Assembly: GCA_003142915.1 (NCBI GenBank)
Contig: PLNZ01000273.1
Location: 1-38,552, forward strand
Length of the DNA stretch: 38,552 nt
Origin: Ignavibacteriales bacterium
Lineage (GTDB): Bacteria; Bacteroidota; Ignavibacteria; Ignavibacteriales; Ignavibacteriaceae
Direction: 5' to 3'
The notes beneath the pieces were generated by a model that was not told where the DNA came from, ran no database searches, and saw only the letters and a list, made by a program, of their open reading frames with translations. Both the position numbers and the translations under genes were made by a program. Of the stretch, positions 8,618 to 16,913 are shown one piece after another. Each line of letters begins with the position of its first letter. The stretch's first letter is position 1.

Positions 8618-9241
8618 ATGGCAACAAAAAGAGACCTGATCAGGTGGTTTATCAAAGAGGTTCATTGGGCGACTCCCCGCAATGTTGCCTATTTCATGGA
8701 GGGCAGAGGAGGCAGCGACCGAAGCCGCGTCTATTCGTCGGAACTGTCTGAAATGCAGACAGTAAAAGACAGGACGCTCCGCCTCAAGCGGATCAGGAAC
8801 CAGGACGGCCACTTCGCCTATACGATGCTGTCCAAGACTTTGCCGACCTTCTTATTCAACCATGACGTTTGTGTTAGAAATATTATCGGAAAGTTTCTGC
8901 ACGACAGAGGAATGCAGGAGGTTTCTTTCGAGAAACCAGCCGACGCCTCTATCCGGCAGTACCGCTTTGAACTGGACAACGGCCACATGAGCGGCATCCA
9001 GCTCGAAGAAAAGTTGGTTAAGTATTACTCCCACCTCAACGTCCAACTCATTTTTATAATGCGGCACCGCGAATGTCCGCATCTCGAAGCCGAAAGGCTC
9101 AGGAAAGTATTTCAAATTTCAAGCAAGGTGTTTCCCCACCAGCCTAACAAGGTTTTAGGAGCCTGTTATACCAGCTACCTTGAAGACGGAACCGTTTTCA
9201 ATCGCAAAGGACAGGCGAAGCTAAAACCTTTTAACCATTAA
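8618..9241 (+). CDS. Hypothetical protein (207 aa)
   Basis: Long ORF in the GC-richer backbone, immediately after the palindrome. No motif recognised. Confidence 0.55.
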   Translation: MATKRDLIRWFIKEVHWATPRNVAYFMEGRGGSDRSRVYSSELSEMQTVKDRTLRLKRIRNQDGHFAYTMLSKTLPTFLFNHDVCVRNIIGKFLHDRGMQEVSFEKPADASIRQYRFELDNGHMSGIQLEEKLVKYYSHLNVQLIFIMRHRECPHLEAERLRKVFQISSKVFPHQPNKVLGACYTSYLEDGTVFNRKGQAKLKPFNH

Positions 9242-9265
9242 TCAAATTATTAGAAAGGAGGTTTT

Positions 9266-9457
9266 ATGTATTCACCCAAAATAAGTGAAGAGTTCATTCC
9301 CTATCTTTACCAATGGGCGAAAAGCGAAGGCGTCTCTATGACGGCCTTGGTTAATCGCATGATCAAAAATGAAATCGAAAATAATCAAAGAAAGGAGAAA
9401 AAAAACAATGACGAAAAAGATAAACGAAACCCTCTGTGGAATTCTCGAAATTTTTAA
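9266..9457 (+). CDS. Small DNA-binding-like protein (possible ribbon-helix-helix)
   Basis: 63 aa, AGGAGG 6 nt upstream. KISEEFIPYLYQWAKSEGVSMTALVNRMI has a strand-helix-helix pattern. K/E-rich tail. Confidence 0.4.
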   Translation: MYSPKISEEFIPYLYQWAKSEGVSMTALVNRMIKNEIENNQRKEKKNNDEKDKRNPLWNSRNF

Positions 9458-10196
9458 ATCCGGGCAGATACCCGAAGCCGTTTCCTATGCGGCCTTTCCA
9501 TCTTTCGATATTCCCTCTGAGCAGTGGAGTTACCTGAACCGCATTATTATGTGGCTGAACGGAACTCATGATGCCAGAGGCTACCGCCAATGGGAAGAAG
9601 TCGGGAGGCATGTTAAAAAAGGCGCAACCGCTTTTCACATTTTCGCGCCCCGGATGGTAAAGGAAAAGAAAGAAAACGGCGATGAAGATTTTAGTTTATT
9701 AGGTTTTCTGCAAGTTCCGGTCTTCTGTTATGAGGACACGGAAGGCGAACCGCTCAATTACAAGAAAACGGAGATCAACTCTTTCCACTTGATTGAGAAA
9801 GCCGAAGAATGGGGGCTGGATGTCCACGCCGTTTCCGGCAACGGCAGGTATTGGGGAGCATACAACGGGAAAGAAATAAAACTGGCCACACCCGAAGAAT
9901 CAGTCTTTTTCCATGAGTTATCGCACCACGCCCATAAACTTGTGCTTGGTGAACTCAAAGACGGTCAGGACTGGAAACAGGAAATTGTGGCTGAATTATC
10001 AGCCGAAGCCCTTTCAAGAATTTTCGGGCTTCAGTCAACGACTGGCAATTGCTACAAGTACATTGAGAGATACGCAGTTGAAGCCGGACTAACCCCCGTT
10101 ACCGCATGTCTGCAAGTTCTCAGCGATACCGAAAAGGTTTTAAAGCTGATCTTGCAGGAGGACAGGCCAGAAATCAAACAGGCGGGTAAAATGTAA
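9408..10196 (+). CDS. ArdC-like protein (ssDNA-binding N-domain plus HExxH metallopeptidase)
   Basis: ATG 9408 with AAAGGAG upstream. DARGYRQWEEVGRHVKKGATAFHIFAP resembles the ArdC/DUF1738 N-domain. FFHELSHHAH is an HExxH zincin motif. Confidence 0.5.
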   Translation: MTKKINETLCGILEIFKSGQIPEAVSYAAFPSFDIPSEQWSYLNRIIMWLNGTHDARGYRQWEEVGRHVKKGATAFHIFAPRMVKEKKENGDEDFSLLGFLQVPVFCYEDTEGEPLNYKKTEINSFHLIEKAEEWGLDVHAVSGNGRYWGAYNGKEIKLATPEESVFFHELSHHAHKLVLGELKDGQDWKQEIVAELSAEALSRIFGLQSTTGNCYKYIERYAVEAGLTPVTACLQVLSDTEKVLKLILQEDRPEIKQAGKM

Positions 10197-10200
10197 TTAA

Positions 10201-10590
10201 GCCGATATCGGTAGAACCCCAACGCAAAGCTAAGCCATCTTGGTTTACGATGGAGTCCTACCAACCAGCCTGAATCACAATGAGGGCTGAAAGGTGTTTG
10301 CTAGTAGCCCCTTTTAACGATTGAGGGCGAAAACCATTTGGTAGAAATACCGATAGGCCGATGCTGAAAAGGACTTTCGCATGGCAAACATGGAAAACGT
10401 GTTTTTGGCGAAAGAATGACACGCAATTCTAAAGGACTATGGGACTCCTGCCCTCGCAAGAGGGCTGGGAGAAGCCCATTGAGGCGAAGTCATTGCTTCT
10501 ATGCCGTAAGTCTAAGAAATTTTCATATCACAACTTATGGCATCAGGAAGGCAATGGATAAGATTGAGATAAATCTACCCACAGGAGGAA
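10201..10590 (+). ncRNA. Candidate structured RNA or replication-origin region (unclassified)
   Basis: About 390 nt non-coding, GC-richer spacer. GNRA-capped hairpin GCCCTC-GCAA-GAGGGC (10450-10465). 11-bp stem 10501-10511 with 10533-10543 (one G-U). Long-range pairing of GCCGATATCGGTA (10201-10213) with TACCGATAGGC (10348-10358). Confidence 0.3.
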
Positions 10591-10594
10591 AACT

Positions 10595-11368
10595 ATGAAC
10601 TACAAAGAAACTTTAAAAAGCATTGATACCGAAAAAGCTTTAGGCTTGATCGGCATCGAATTTGAGTCACAGGGAGCTTATGCGAAATTCGCTTGCCCTC
10701 AACCTAATTGTGACTGTAAAGCCGCGATCAAAGAATACGGCGACAAGAAAAATCTTTACTACTGCCCGAAGTGCAAATCAAGCGGCCATATCATTTCCCT
10801 GGTTATGAAAATAAAGGATATTGATTGGGATGCCGCTAATGAGTTTTTACTCAAAGCCCGCAGTAACCACGCCAAGAGGATCACAGAAGAACTCAATATC
10901 AACTATGAATTGTTTTATAACGATTTCATCAAGTCAAAGGGCATCGAAGAAGAGATGTGTAAGTTGCTTGAGATCGGAGTTCCCAAAGGCAAGACCATGC
11001 TTGCCGGAAGCGTCGCCTTTGCGGTTAGGGATACCAAAGGAATGAAAGTCGCCTATTACGGAATAAAAATGAAAGATGGCAAAGCGGTATTTCACAATAG
11101 CTTCAATCCCGAATTGTATCTTTACAATTTCTGCAACATTGATTTCAGCGAGCCAGTGCATTTCACAACTGATATGTTCCGTTGCGTCTATAACATTGAG
11201 AGTGGAAGGCAATGCGTCTGCAATTTCGGACTGCCCTATCTTTCCGATACACAGCTTGAACTTTTACATCAAGTAGAGCACATTGTTTTGCTCGTCGATG
11301 AACCACTTGTAAAACCGCTGGCAATTCAGATGGCAGAAAACAAAATGAATTACTTCCGGTTTGAATAA
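10595..11368 (+). CDS. Primase-related protein (CHC2-like zinc ribbon, degenerate Toprim-like C-half)
   Basis: 257 aa, AGGAGG upstream. FACPQPNCDCKAAIKEYGDKKNLYYCPKCKSSGHIISLV resembles the DnaG-type zinc-binding domain. The C-terminal half lacks a clear Toprim glutamate. Confidence 0.4.
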   Translation: MNYKETLKSIDTEKALGLIGIEFESQGAYAKFACPQPNCDCKAAIKEYGDKKNLYYCPKCKSSGHIISLVMKIKDIDWDAANEFLLKARSNHAKRITEELNINYELFYNDFIKSKGIEEEMCKLLEIGVPKGKTMLAGSVAFAVRDTKGMKVAYYGIKMKDGKAVFHNSFNPELYLYNFCNIDFSEPVHFTTDMFRCVYNIESGRQCVCNFGLPYLSDTQLELLHQVEHIVLLVDEPLVKPLAIQMAENKMNYFRFE

Positions 11369-11374
11369 ACAACA

Positions 11375-11410
11375 ACGGGCTGTCCTATCATGGATTAGCC
11401 CGTTTCTTTT
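11375..11410 (+). terminator. Rho-independent terminator; member of a repeated hairpin family
   Basis: ACGGGCTGTCC-TATCAT-GGATTAGCCCGT followed by TTTCTTTT. Near-identical hairpins occur at 16846-16883, 18003-18041 and 26653-26687, with a degraded copy at about 14443-14480. Confidence 0.7.
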
Positions 11411-11535
11411 GTCCTGAACAGAACTTGACCATGCAGTGATTGCCAAGACATATCGAATACTGTAATATTGTTCTTCTTATTTTTCTAATTCACACGACGA
11501 CAAACATCGACCTCATATTTATGGTTAGTTTTTCA

Positions 11536-11564
11536 TTGACATACAAAAATGATTTCCCTAAACT
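11536..11564 (+). promoter_or_regulatory. Candidate promoter TTGACA-N17-TAAACT
   Basis: Hexamers read directly, about 55 nt upstream of the 11619 ATG. Confidence 0.4.
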
Positions 11565-11618
11565 ACCTTTCGGTAAAAGCTAATTCTTGTTACCAATAAA
11601 CTTCAGGAATTGAATATC

Positions 11619-12548
11619 ATGAAAATGAGCAAAGTTTATGTGGCCTTGATGCTGGCTAGTCTTGCTTCGGGAGTTAGTGCACATGCCGATACTTACGGTA
11701 TGACGCAAACTCTTCCAAACAATCCATCTATGACGCAAACTCTTCCAAACACCAATCCATCGCCAATGCATAATCCCAGTAGTGTCCAAGTTACTGGACG
11801 CACGGGTATCGGTCATGCCAGTAGTGGTGTAAACGATGGGGGTATCGTCTATGTCAGTCCTGGACACAACTTCACTGTAGCTTCTGGCGGCAACACACCC
11901 GATGCCATGAACAGCATATTCGACAAGTCCTCTCAAACATCATGGTTTGCCTTTGCAAGTGGCATAGCATCAATCTTAGGACTAATGTTCACTTTGTACG
12001 GAACACAAATTAGAATGATACCATTTTCCTTGTATAGGTCATGCGTTTGGAATCGAGTCTTGCTAATATCCATTGGCATTGGCATCCTTGTTTTTGCAGG
12101 CATCAAATTTTACACTCAGACGGAGCCACCAGGACTCCCTCCGCTAAGCTGTCTATTTATGTTCTTGCATGGCGTGAATAATTTTTATACAGATATAGAT
12201 GGGAACAATGGAACAAACCTTTGGGCTATCATATTCGCCATAGGTGCGGTGATATCAACATGTGGTTTCTTTTACAACCCAATAAAACTATGCAAGTCAG
12301 TCCTGCGTCGGGAACATGATGCGTTGTTAGAATATAGAAAAACTCAGTTGTCATCTGTCCTTAACAGACAAAACTATGAAAACTTGAAGAGCCATGAAAA
12401 GCATCTGTATGACGATCTTAATGCTTTTCACGTTGAACTTCAAACAAGACTGATAGATACAATCTACGGGCAAAGCCTTATGCCAACTTATAGTCGCAGG
12501 ATGAAAAGCCATATTTGGCCTAACAAGCATATCGACGAGACGGACTAA
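11619..12548 (+). CDS. Secreted/multi-pass membrane protein with short tandem repeat
   Basis: Signal-peptide-like MKMSKVYVALMLASLASGVSAHA. Perfect 22-nt direct repeat (11700-11721 and 11730-11751) encoding MTQTLPN twice. Several hydrophobic spans. AGGAA lies 9 nt upstream of ATG 11619. Confidence 0.6.
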   Translation: MKMSKVYVALMLASLASGVSAHADTYGMTQTLPNNPSMTQTLPNTNPSPMHNPSSVQVTGRTGIGHASSGVNDGGIVYVSPGHNFTVASGGNTPDAMNSIFDKSSQTSWFAFASGIASILGLMFTLYGTQIRMIPFSLYRSCVWNRVLLISIGIGILVFAGIKFYTQTEPPGLPPLSCLFMFLHGVNNFYTDIDGNNGTNLWAIIFAIGAVISTCGFFYNPIKLCKSVLRREHDALLEYRKTQLSSVLNRQNYENLKSHEKHLYDDLNAFHVELQTRLIDTIYGQSLMPTYSRRMKSHIWPNKHIDETD

Positions 12549-12637
12549 CGCACAGCCTACCACACGTAACATTGATCAAAATATTTTTATTCGCATTTCG
12601 CTTTGCTCAAAAATCTATTTTATCATATAATTAATTT

Positions 12638-12750
12638 ACTACCCAAATCAAATTAATCTCCGATTTTTTTATCAACATCGTTGTCCTAAACGGACAGTCT
12701 GCCAATGATGTTGATCTTCGGAGAAACTGATTTGGGTAGTCAGACTGTCC
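12638..12750. repeat. Nested inverted repeats upstream of the recombinase gene (candidate att or regulatory site)
   Basis: A 12638-12650 pairs with A' 12728-12740 (13 bp). B 12657-12663 pairs with B' 12718-12724. C 12671-12679 pairs with C' 12707-12715. D GGACAGTCTG (12692-12701, in the loop) pairs with D' CAGACTGTCC (12741-12750), giving mutually exclusive folds. Confidence 0.6.
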
Positions 12751-12775
12751 TTTTAAGTTGTTAAAAAACAAAAAT

Positions 12776-14362
12776 ATGAAAGGAATAATTTATGTAAGAG
12801 TATCAAGCGAAGAACAAGTCAAAGGCACATCCTTGGAAAATCAGGATGAGCTTTGCCGTGCCTATTGTAAAAATAAGGGCATTGAGGTTTTAGGTATTTA
12901 TCGCGAAGAAGGAGCCTCAGCTAAAACAGCCCAGCGAGCCGAGTTTTTACGATCCATTGAATTCTGCCGGAAGAACAAAGGCAAGGTTGATGCTTTTGTA
13001 GTCTATAAAGTGGATCGGTTTGCCAGGAACACCGAAGATCATTTTTTCGTTAGAAAAATGCTAATTGAATACGGAGTGACTTTGCATTCCGTAACTGAAC
13101 CCATCGGCAACAATCCGGCAGAGAAATTTATTGAAACTGTTTTAGCCGGAAGCGCCGAATTTGACAATGCCGTCAGAGCTCAAAGAAGCGTGAGTGGAAT
13201 GATAGCCAAAATCAATCAGGGCATAACTCCTTTCAGACCGCCTATTGGCTATGAATGCCAACATGCAAGAAAAAGAGGCGAAAAGAAACTTGTAGCCGAT
13301 AAACCGGATACGCAAATATTCCCTATCATTCAAAAGGCATTACAAGAATTTTCCAAAGGAATATATACGCAAGTAGATATGATCCGGCTTTTAGATAAGC
13401 TGGGCTTAAGCAAAATCAGAGGCCAAAAAACAAGTCCGCAGTTAGTCAGTAAAATTTTCGTTAAGTATCTTAAATATTATGCTGGCATCATCGTGAATCC
13501 CTGGACTAACGAAGAAGTTCAAGGCATACACGAGTCGATGATAACCAAAGAAGAATATTTTAAAATACATTTTATCTTATCAGGAAAATCAAACAGAGTT
13601 AAAAGAATCAGGAAAAATCCTAATTTCCTATTGAGGCAAACTGTTAAATGCGGATGTTGCGGACAGCCATTAACTGGAAGCTGTTCAACTGGTAGAAACG
13701 AGAAATATTATTACTACCATTGTTTCAATAAAGAATGTTCAATGTACGGCAAGGCTATAAGCAAACAAAAACTGGAAGATGATTTTGTCGAATATCTGAA
13801 AGAGATTACACCAAAAAAAGATTTCTTGGATGTATTCAAGGCGGTTGTTTTGAGTTTGTGGAACAGACAAGATTTAGACTTAAAAACAGAAGCCCAAAAC
13901 TATGAAAAGCAATTGGCGGTATTAGATGGAAAGCGGAAAAGAATTTTTGAAATGCGGGAAGAAGGATCGTACACACCCGAAGAATTTAAAGAGCGAAAAG
14001 AAGAAATTGAAAATCAAATTATGGCAATAAAAATATCCTTGAATGAAACAAGGATTGATCAGTTTGATATTGAAGGCGTATTATCTTACGCAAATAATTT
14101 TATTGCCGATCTTGGTAGACAATGGCTTGATTTAGCCACTTCTCATTTGCGGTTCCAAAAAATGGTATTTCCGGAAGGAATTTCATATAAAAGAAATGAA
14201 GGATTTGGAACCGCCAAATTGGGGCTTATTTACGAACTTAACAGGACTTGTGGGACTGAAAAATCCCTTCTGGTGGTCTTTGCGTTCACCCATTGGAACC
14301 AGCTTTTGGCCGAATTGCGAGAATGGGAGAAAATAAAACAAGGTTTTGAACTTGTTTTATAG
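12776..14362 (+). CDS. Large serine recombinase
   Basis: Resolvase-type N-domain with catalytic-serine motif GIIYVRVSSEEQ and VDRFARN. Central recombinase domain. Cys-rich zinc ribbon CGCCGQPLTGSC...YYYYHCFNKEC. Coiled-coil-like segment. ATG 12776 preferred over TTG 12758. The last ~92 nt (14271-14362) are repeated downstream. Confidence 0.9.
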   Translation: MKGIIYVRVSSEEQVKGTSLENQDELCRAYCKNKGIEVLGIYREEGASAKTAQRAEFLRSIEFCRKNKGKVDAFVVYKVDRFARNTEDHFFVRKMLIEYGVTLHSVTEPIGNNPAEKFIETVLAGSAEFDNAVRAQRSVSGMIAKINQGITPFRPPIGYECQHARKRGEKKLVADKPDTQIFPIIQKALQEFSKGIYTQVDMIRLLDKLGLSKIRGQKTSPQLVSKIFVKYLKYYAGIIVNPWTNEEVQGIHESMITKEEYFKIHFILSGKSNRVKRIRKNPNFLLRQTVKCGCCGQPLTGSCSTGRNEKYYYYHCFNKECSMYGKAISKQKLEDDFVEYLKEITPKKDFLDVFKAVVLSLWNRQDLDLKTEAQNYEKQLAVLDGKRKRIFEMREEGSYTPEEFKERKEEIENQIMAIKISLNETRIDQFDIEGVLSYANNFIADLGRQWLDLATSHLRFQKMVFPEGISYKRNEGFGTAKLGLIYELNRTCGTEKSLLVVFAFTHWNQLLAELREWEKIKQGFELVL

Positions 14363-14390
14363 GAAAAATCCACAAATCAAGAACTGCTTT

Positions 14391-14419
14391 ATTATATAAT
14401 GCCAAAACTAAATCGGCAA
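14391..14419 (-). promoter_or_regulatory. Conserved antisense promoter in the tail (TTGCCG-N17-TATAAT on the minus strand)
   Basis: The reverse complement reads TTGCCG, 17 nt, TATAAT. Both hexamers are invariant while the spacer varies in the tail copies after 15320, 16765, 17904 and 26569. It fires toward the recombinase 3-prime end or fragment. Confidence 0.45.
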
Positions 14420-14508
14420 GAGAGGAATCAGTTTAAACAAAAACGGGCTTCCCTATAATGAACTATCCCGTTTCGCTTTTCTTGTTTATATTTAATAATT
14501 TCGGCGAT

Positions 14509-14796
14509 TTATTTAAATTCACCACTTGCATATCTTGGGTAGTCTTTGTCAAATAATTTTTTCAATTTTTCTTTAGCTAAAATTTGGTTTATTTCAGGAA
14601 ATGCCTCTATCGTTACTGATTTTACTTCTTCGTTAATTCGTTCCCATCCACTTATAATTTCAGAGAATGATGACTCGAACATGGTCATATCTTGTTCTCC
14701 CCTCGTGATGCGTCCTAGTAATCTCATTATCTTGTCTGCGTTTTCTAATTTCTCGTCTACCTTTTCACTATGTGTCGTTTTTTCTAGCATATTCAT
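14509..14796 (-). CDS. Hypothetical protein (cargo 1, 95 aa)
   Basis: Unique ORF between the tail and the next module, divergent from the MLTLEQ promoter. The overlapping plus-strand ORF is judged a shadow. Confidence 0.5.
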   Translation of the reverse strand: MNMLEKTTHSEKVDEKLENADKIMRLLGRITRGEQDMTMFESSFSEIISGWERINEEVKSVTIEAFPEINQILAKEKLKKLFDKDYPRYASGEFK

Positions 14797-14885
14797 ATTT
14801 TTGATTTAATTAATTATCAGAATTTCTTATGTATTCATTTTAACATAGGATAGCGAATGCGCAAATTAATAGATATTATTCAAAA

Positions 14886-15380
14886 ATGTCACAAAATCCA
14901 CCCAAACTCGCTATAATAAAAATAGAGGTTGAATAATAATTAATAAAATAATCCATGCTAACCCTAGAACAAACTAGAGAATCATTAAATGATCCTACTT
15001 TGTCAGATGAAGAGGTCTTGGAGATTAGAGACCAGCTTTACTCGCTGGCTGAGATCATATTTGAGCAATGGCAAATAGACATAGCAAAAGAAAAGAAGCG
15101 TAGGCTTGAAGAAAAGACTCAATCAGAGAACGTGCCTACTAACGGCCCTGAATATCCCCGCTAGTTAGGGGGTCCTATCAAGATAAAATACAAAAAAAGA
15201 AGTCTCATAAAGAGGCTCCTCTGTTTCGTGGTGGTCTTTGCGTTCGCCCATTGGAACCAGATTTTGACTGAATTGCGCGAATGGGAGAAAATAAAACAAG
15301 AGTTTAGTCTTGTTTTATAGGAAAAATCCACAAATCAAGAACTGTTTTATTATACAATGTCAAAACTAAATCGGCAAGAG
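14886..15380 (+). repeat. Conserved module copy 1
   Basis: Box at 14886-14917, MLTLEQ ORF at 14955-15164. Recombinase 3-prime fragment at 15228-15320 encodes VVFAFAHWNQILTELREWEKIKQEFSLVL-stop. Tail runs to AAATCGGCAAGAG. Confidence 0.85.
14955..15164 (+). CDS. MLTLEQ-family small protein
   Basis: 69 aa. Against the 16423 copy, the first 40 codons show 8 synonymous and 2 non-synonymous differences, including Ser TCG versus AGT. Confidence 0.8.
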   Translation: MLTLEQTRESLNDPTLSDEEVLEIRDQLYSLAEIIFEQWQIDIAKEKKRRLEEKTQSENVPTNGPEYPR

Positions 15381-15411
15381 CAAGGGTTTTTAATCTTTCA
15401 TATAACACCTA

Positions 15412-15469
15412 ACAGATAAAAATAAAAAGGGACCAAGGATTTCAAAAGTTCTAAGAAATCCGAGGTCCC
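15412..15469 (-). terminator. Rho-independent terminator of cargo 2
   Basis: Arms GGGACCAAGGATTTC (15429-15443) and GAAATCCGAGGTCCC (15455-15469) with a 2-nt internal mismatch. Followed on the minus strand by a T-rich run. Confidence 0.6.
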
Positions 15470-15479
15470 AAGGTTTTAG

Positions 15480-16067
15480 CTACTTGCCGAGACAGGCTGC
15501 TGGCCCATGTCCGCCCCACCCATTGTCGAGCCAATTGTATTTCCAGTGCCACCAGAGGCCATTCCAGTGGAGGTAAGCGACGCACAAGCCGCCACCCGAG
15601 ACGCGGAAAATGGTTCCCCAAAAATATGTGAGACCTTTTTTCCATTCCTCAGGGATAAGCTCGGGGTGTTTCAATAAATAGTCCAATATGCAAGCATTTA
15701 ATGTTGACTTGCTCGCCAATTCCAGCCGAAGTTCGCAACCTTCAATTGTTTTTCCGTCTTTCTGTTTTTTTGAAAGAAAACGAATGACTTCTTGACCATT
15801 GGCATAAAGCTTTCCATCGCGGTTTTCCAACTTTAATTTTCCCATTTTGAAGTGCTCTTCTTTCTGCCAATCAGAGAGAATCTCTGGCGCCACATCACAA
15901 TCAACAACATGACTAAACGGAATAATTTCCGCATAGCCATCAAGCACCTGCTTTATCTTATCCAAATCCTTATACTGTCCGAGTTTTGTAATATCATCAG
16001 CTGTAAATCCCTCTGCCTCAAATTTTTCCATCAACTGATGGACTTGCCCCTCTTTGTAAGAAGACAT
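15480..16067 (-). CDS. Hypothetical protein with Trp/Gly-rich C-terminus (cargo 2)
   Basis: ATG 16067 with AGGAGG 5 nt upstream. C-terminus GGGLCVAYLHWNGLWWHWKYNWLDNGWGGHG. No family recognised. Confidence 0.6.
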   Translation of the reverse strand: MSSYKEGQVHQLMEKFEAEGFTADDITKLGQYKDLDKIKQVLDGYAEIIPFSHVVDCDVAPEILSDWQKEEHFKMGKLKLENRDGKLYANGQEVIRFLSKKQKDGKTIEGCELRLELASKSTLNACILDYLLKHPELIPEEWKKGLTYFWGTIFRVSGGGLCVAYLHWNGLWWHWKYNWLDNGWGGHGPAACLGK

Positions 16068-16353
16068 GTCTTCCTCCTTTGGCACATGTGCCTTTAAAAA
16101 TTTGCTGTTGAATTTGGCAATTTATTTGCCACAGCAGGAAAAGATATTGAGAAAATCGCTTCCTGCCATGGCAAATGGAAATTTTAGATGCAAGGGGAAT
16201 GTTCTTGTTTTATTGGCTTTAAATCTTTATTTTGTTGTTAAAACTACCATCTATAAGTCTGACGATACATTATATAACATATTGAAATTATTGTCAATAT
16301 TAGCTGAATAAATAATTTTGAATATAAATAAAAATTAATAAGTAAAAAACAGA

Positions 16354-16883
16354 ATGTCACAAAACTCCCCCAAACTCGCTATAATGAAAATAGAGATTGA
16401 ATAATAATTAATAAAATAATCCATGCTAACCCTGGAAAAAACTAGAGAATCATTAAATGATCCTACTTTGTCGGATGAAGAGGTCTTGGAAATTCGAGAC
16501 CAGCTCTATAGTCTGGCTGAGATCATTTACGAGCAATGGCAAGTAGACATGGCGAAAAAAAAGAAGCTTAGGCTTGAAGAAAAGACTCAATTAGAGAACC
16601 TGCCTAGCTAATTAGGAGCCACATCAATAAAGGATACAAAAAAGAAGCCTCATAAAGAGACTCCTCTGTTTCGTGGTGGTCTTTGCGTTCACCCATTGGA
16701 ACCAGCTTTTGGCTGAATTGCGAGAATGGGAGAAAATAAAACAAGAGTTTAGTCTTGTTTTATAGGAAATTTCCACAAATCAAGAACTGTTTTATTATAC
16801 AATGTCAAAACTAAATCGGCAAGAGAGGAATCAGTTTAAACAAAAACGGGCTATCCTATCATGGATTAGCCCGTTTATCTTTT
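16354..16883 (+). repeat. Conserved module copy 2
   Basis: Box at 16354, ORF at 16423-16611. Fragment 16673-16765 encodes VVFAFTHWNQLLAELREWEKIKQEFSLVL-stop. Full tail with hairpin terminator at 16846-16883. Confidence 0.85.
16423..16611 (+). CDS. MLTLEQ-family small protein
   Basis: 62 aa paralog with a conserved 40-aa N-terminal region and a variable K/E-rich tail. Confidence 0.8.
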   Translation: MLTLEKTRESLNDPTLSDEEVLEIRDQLYSLAEIIYEQWQVDMAKKKKLRLEEKTQLENLPS

Positions 16884-16913
16884 GTGTTGTATTTAAATAA
16901 TTTTATAATTTTA

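Larger units (their letters stand above)
7500..14480 (+). mobile_element. Integrative element backbone, about 7 kb (promoter box to recombinase plus tail)
   Basis: Starts with the same ATGTCACAAAA...TCGCTATAAT box that begins every downstream module. Ends with the recombinase 3-prime end plus tail that ends every module. Carries ArdC-like, primase-like and large serine recombinase genes. Visibly GC-richer at 8.4-11.4 kb than the flanks. Confidence 0.55.

Noticed and set aside
8567-8812. 81-aa minus-strand ORF (also 8852-9115, 9363-9638, 11580-11936)
   Set aside because: It spans the palindrome and runs antisense to the 207-aa ORF. GC-richer DNA yields long spurious frames.
10416-10598. 60-aa ORF in the ArdC-primase spacer
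   Set aside because: It has no SD and a basic Arg/Ser/Cys-rich product. The region is better explained by RNA/DNA secondary structure.
15199-15227. Hairpin between the MLTLEQ stop and the recombinase fragment, with apparent compensatory changes across copies
   Set aside because: On base-by-base checking, the copies carry C-A mismatches rather than compensatory pairs. The 26456 version folds differently. Support for a conserved structure is insufficient.
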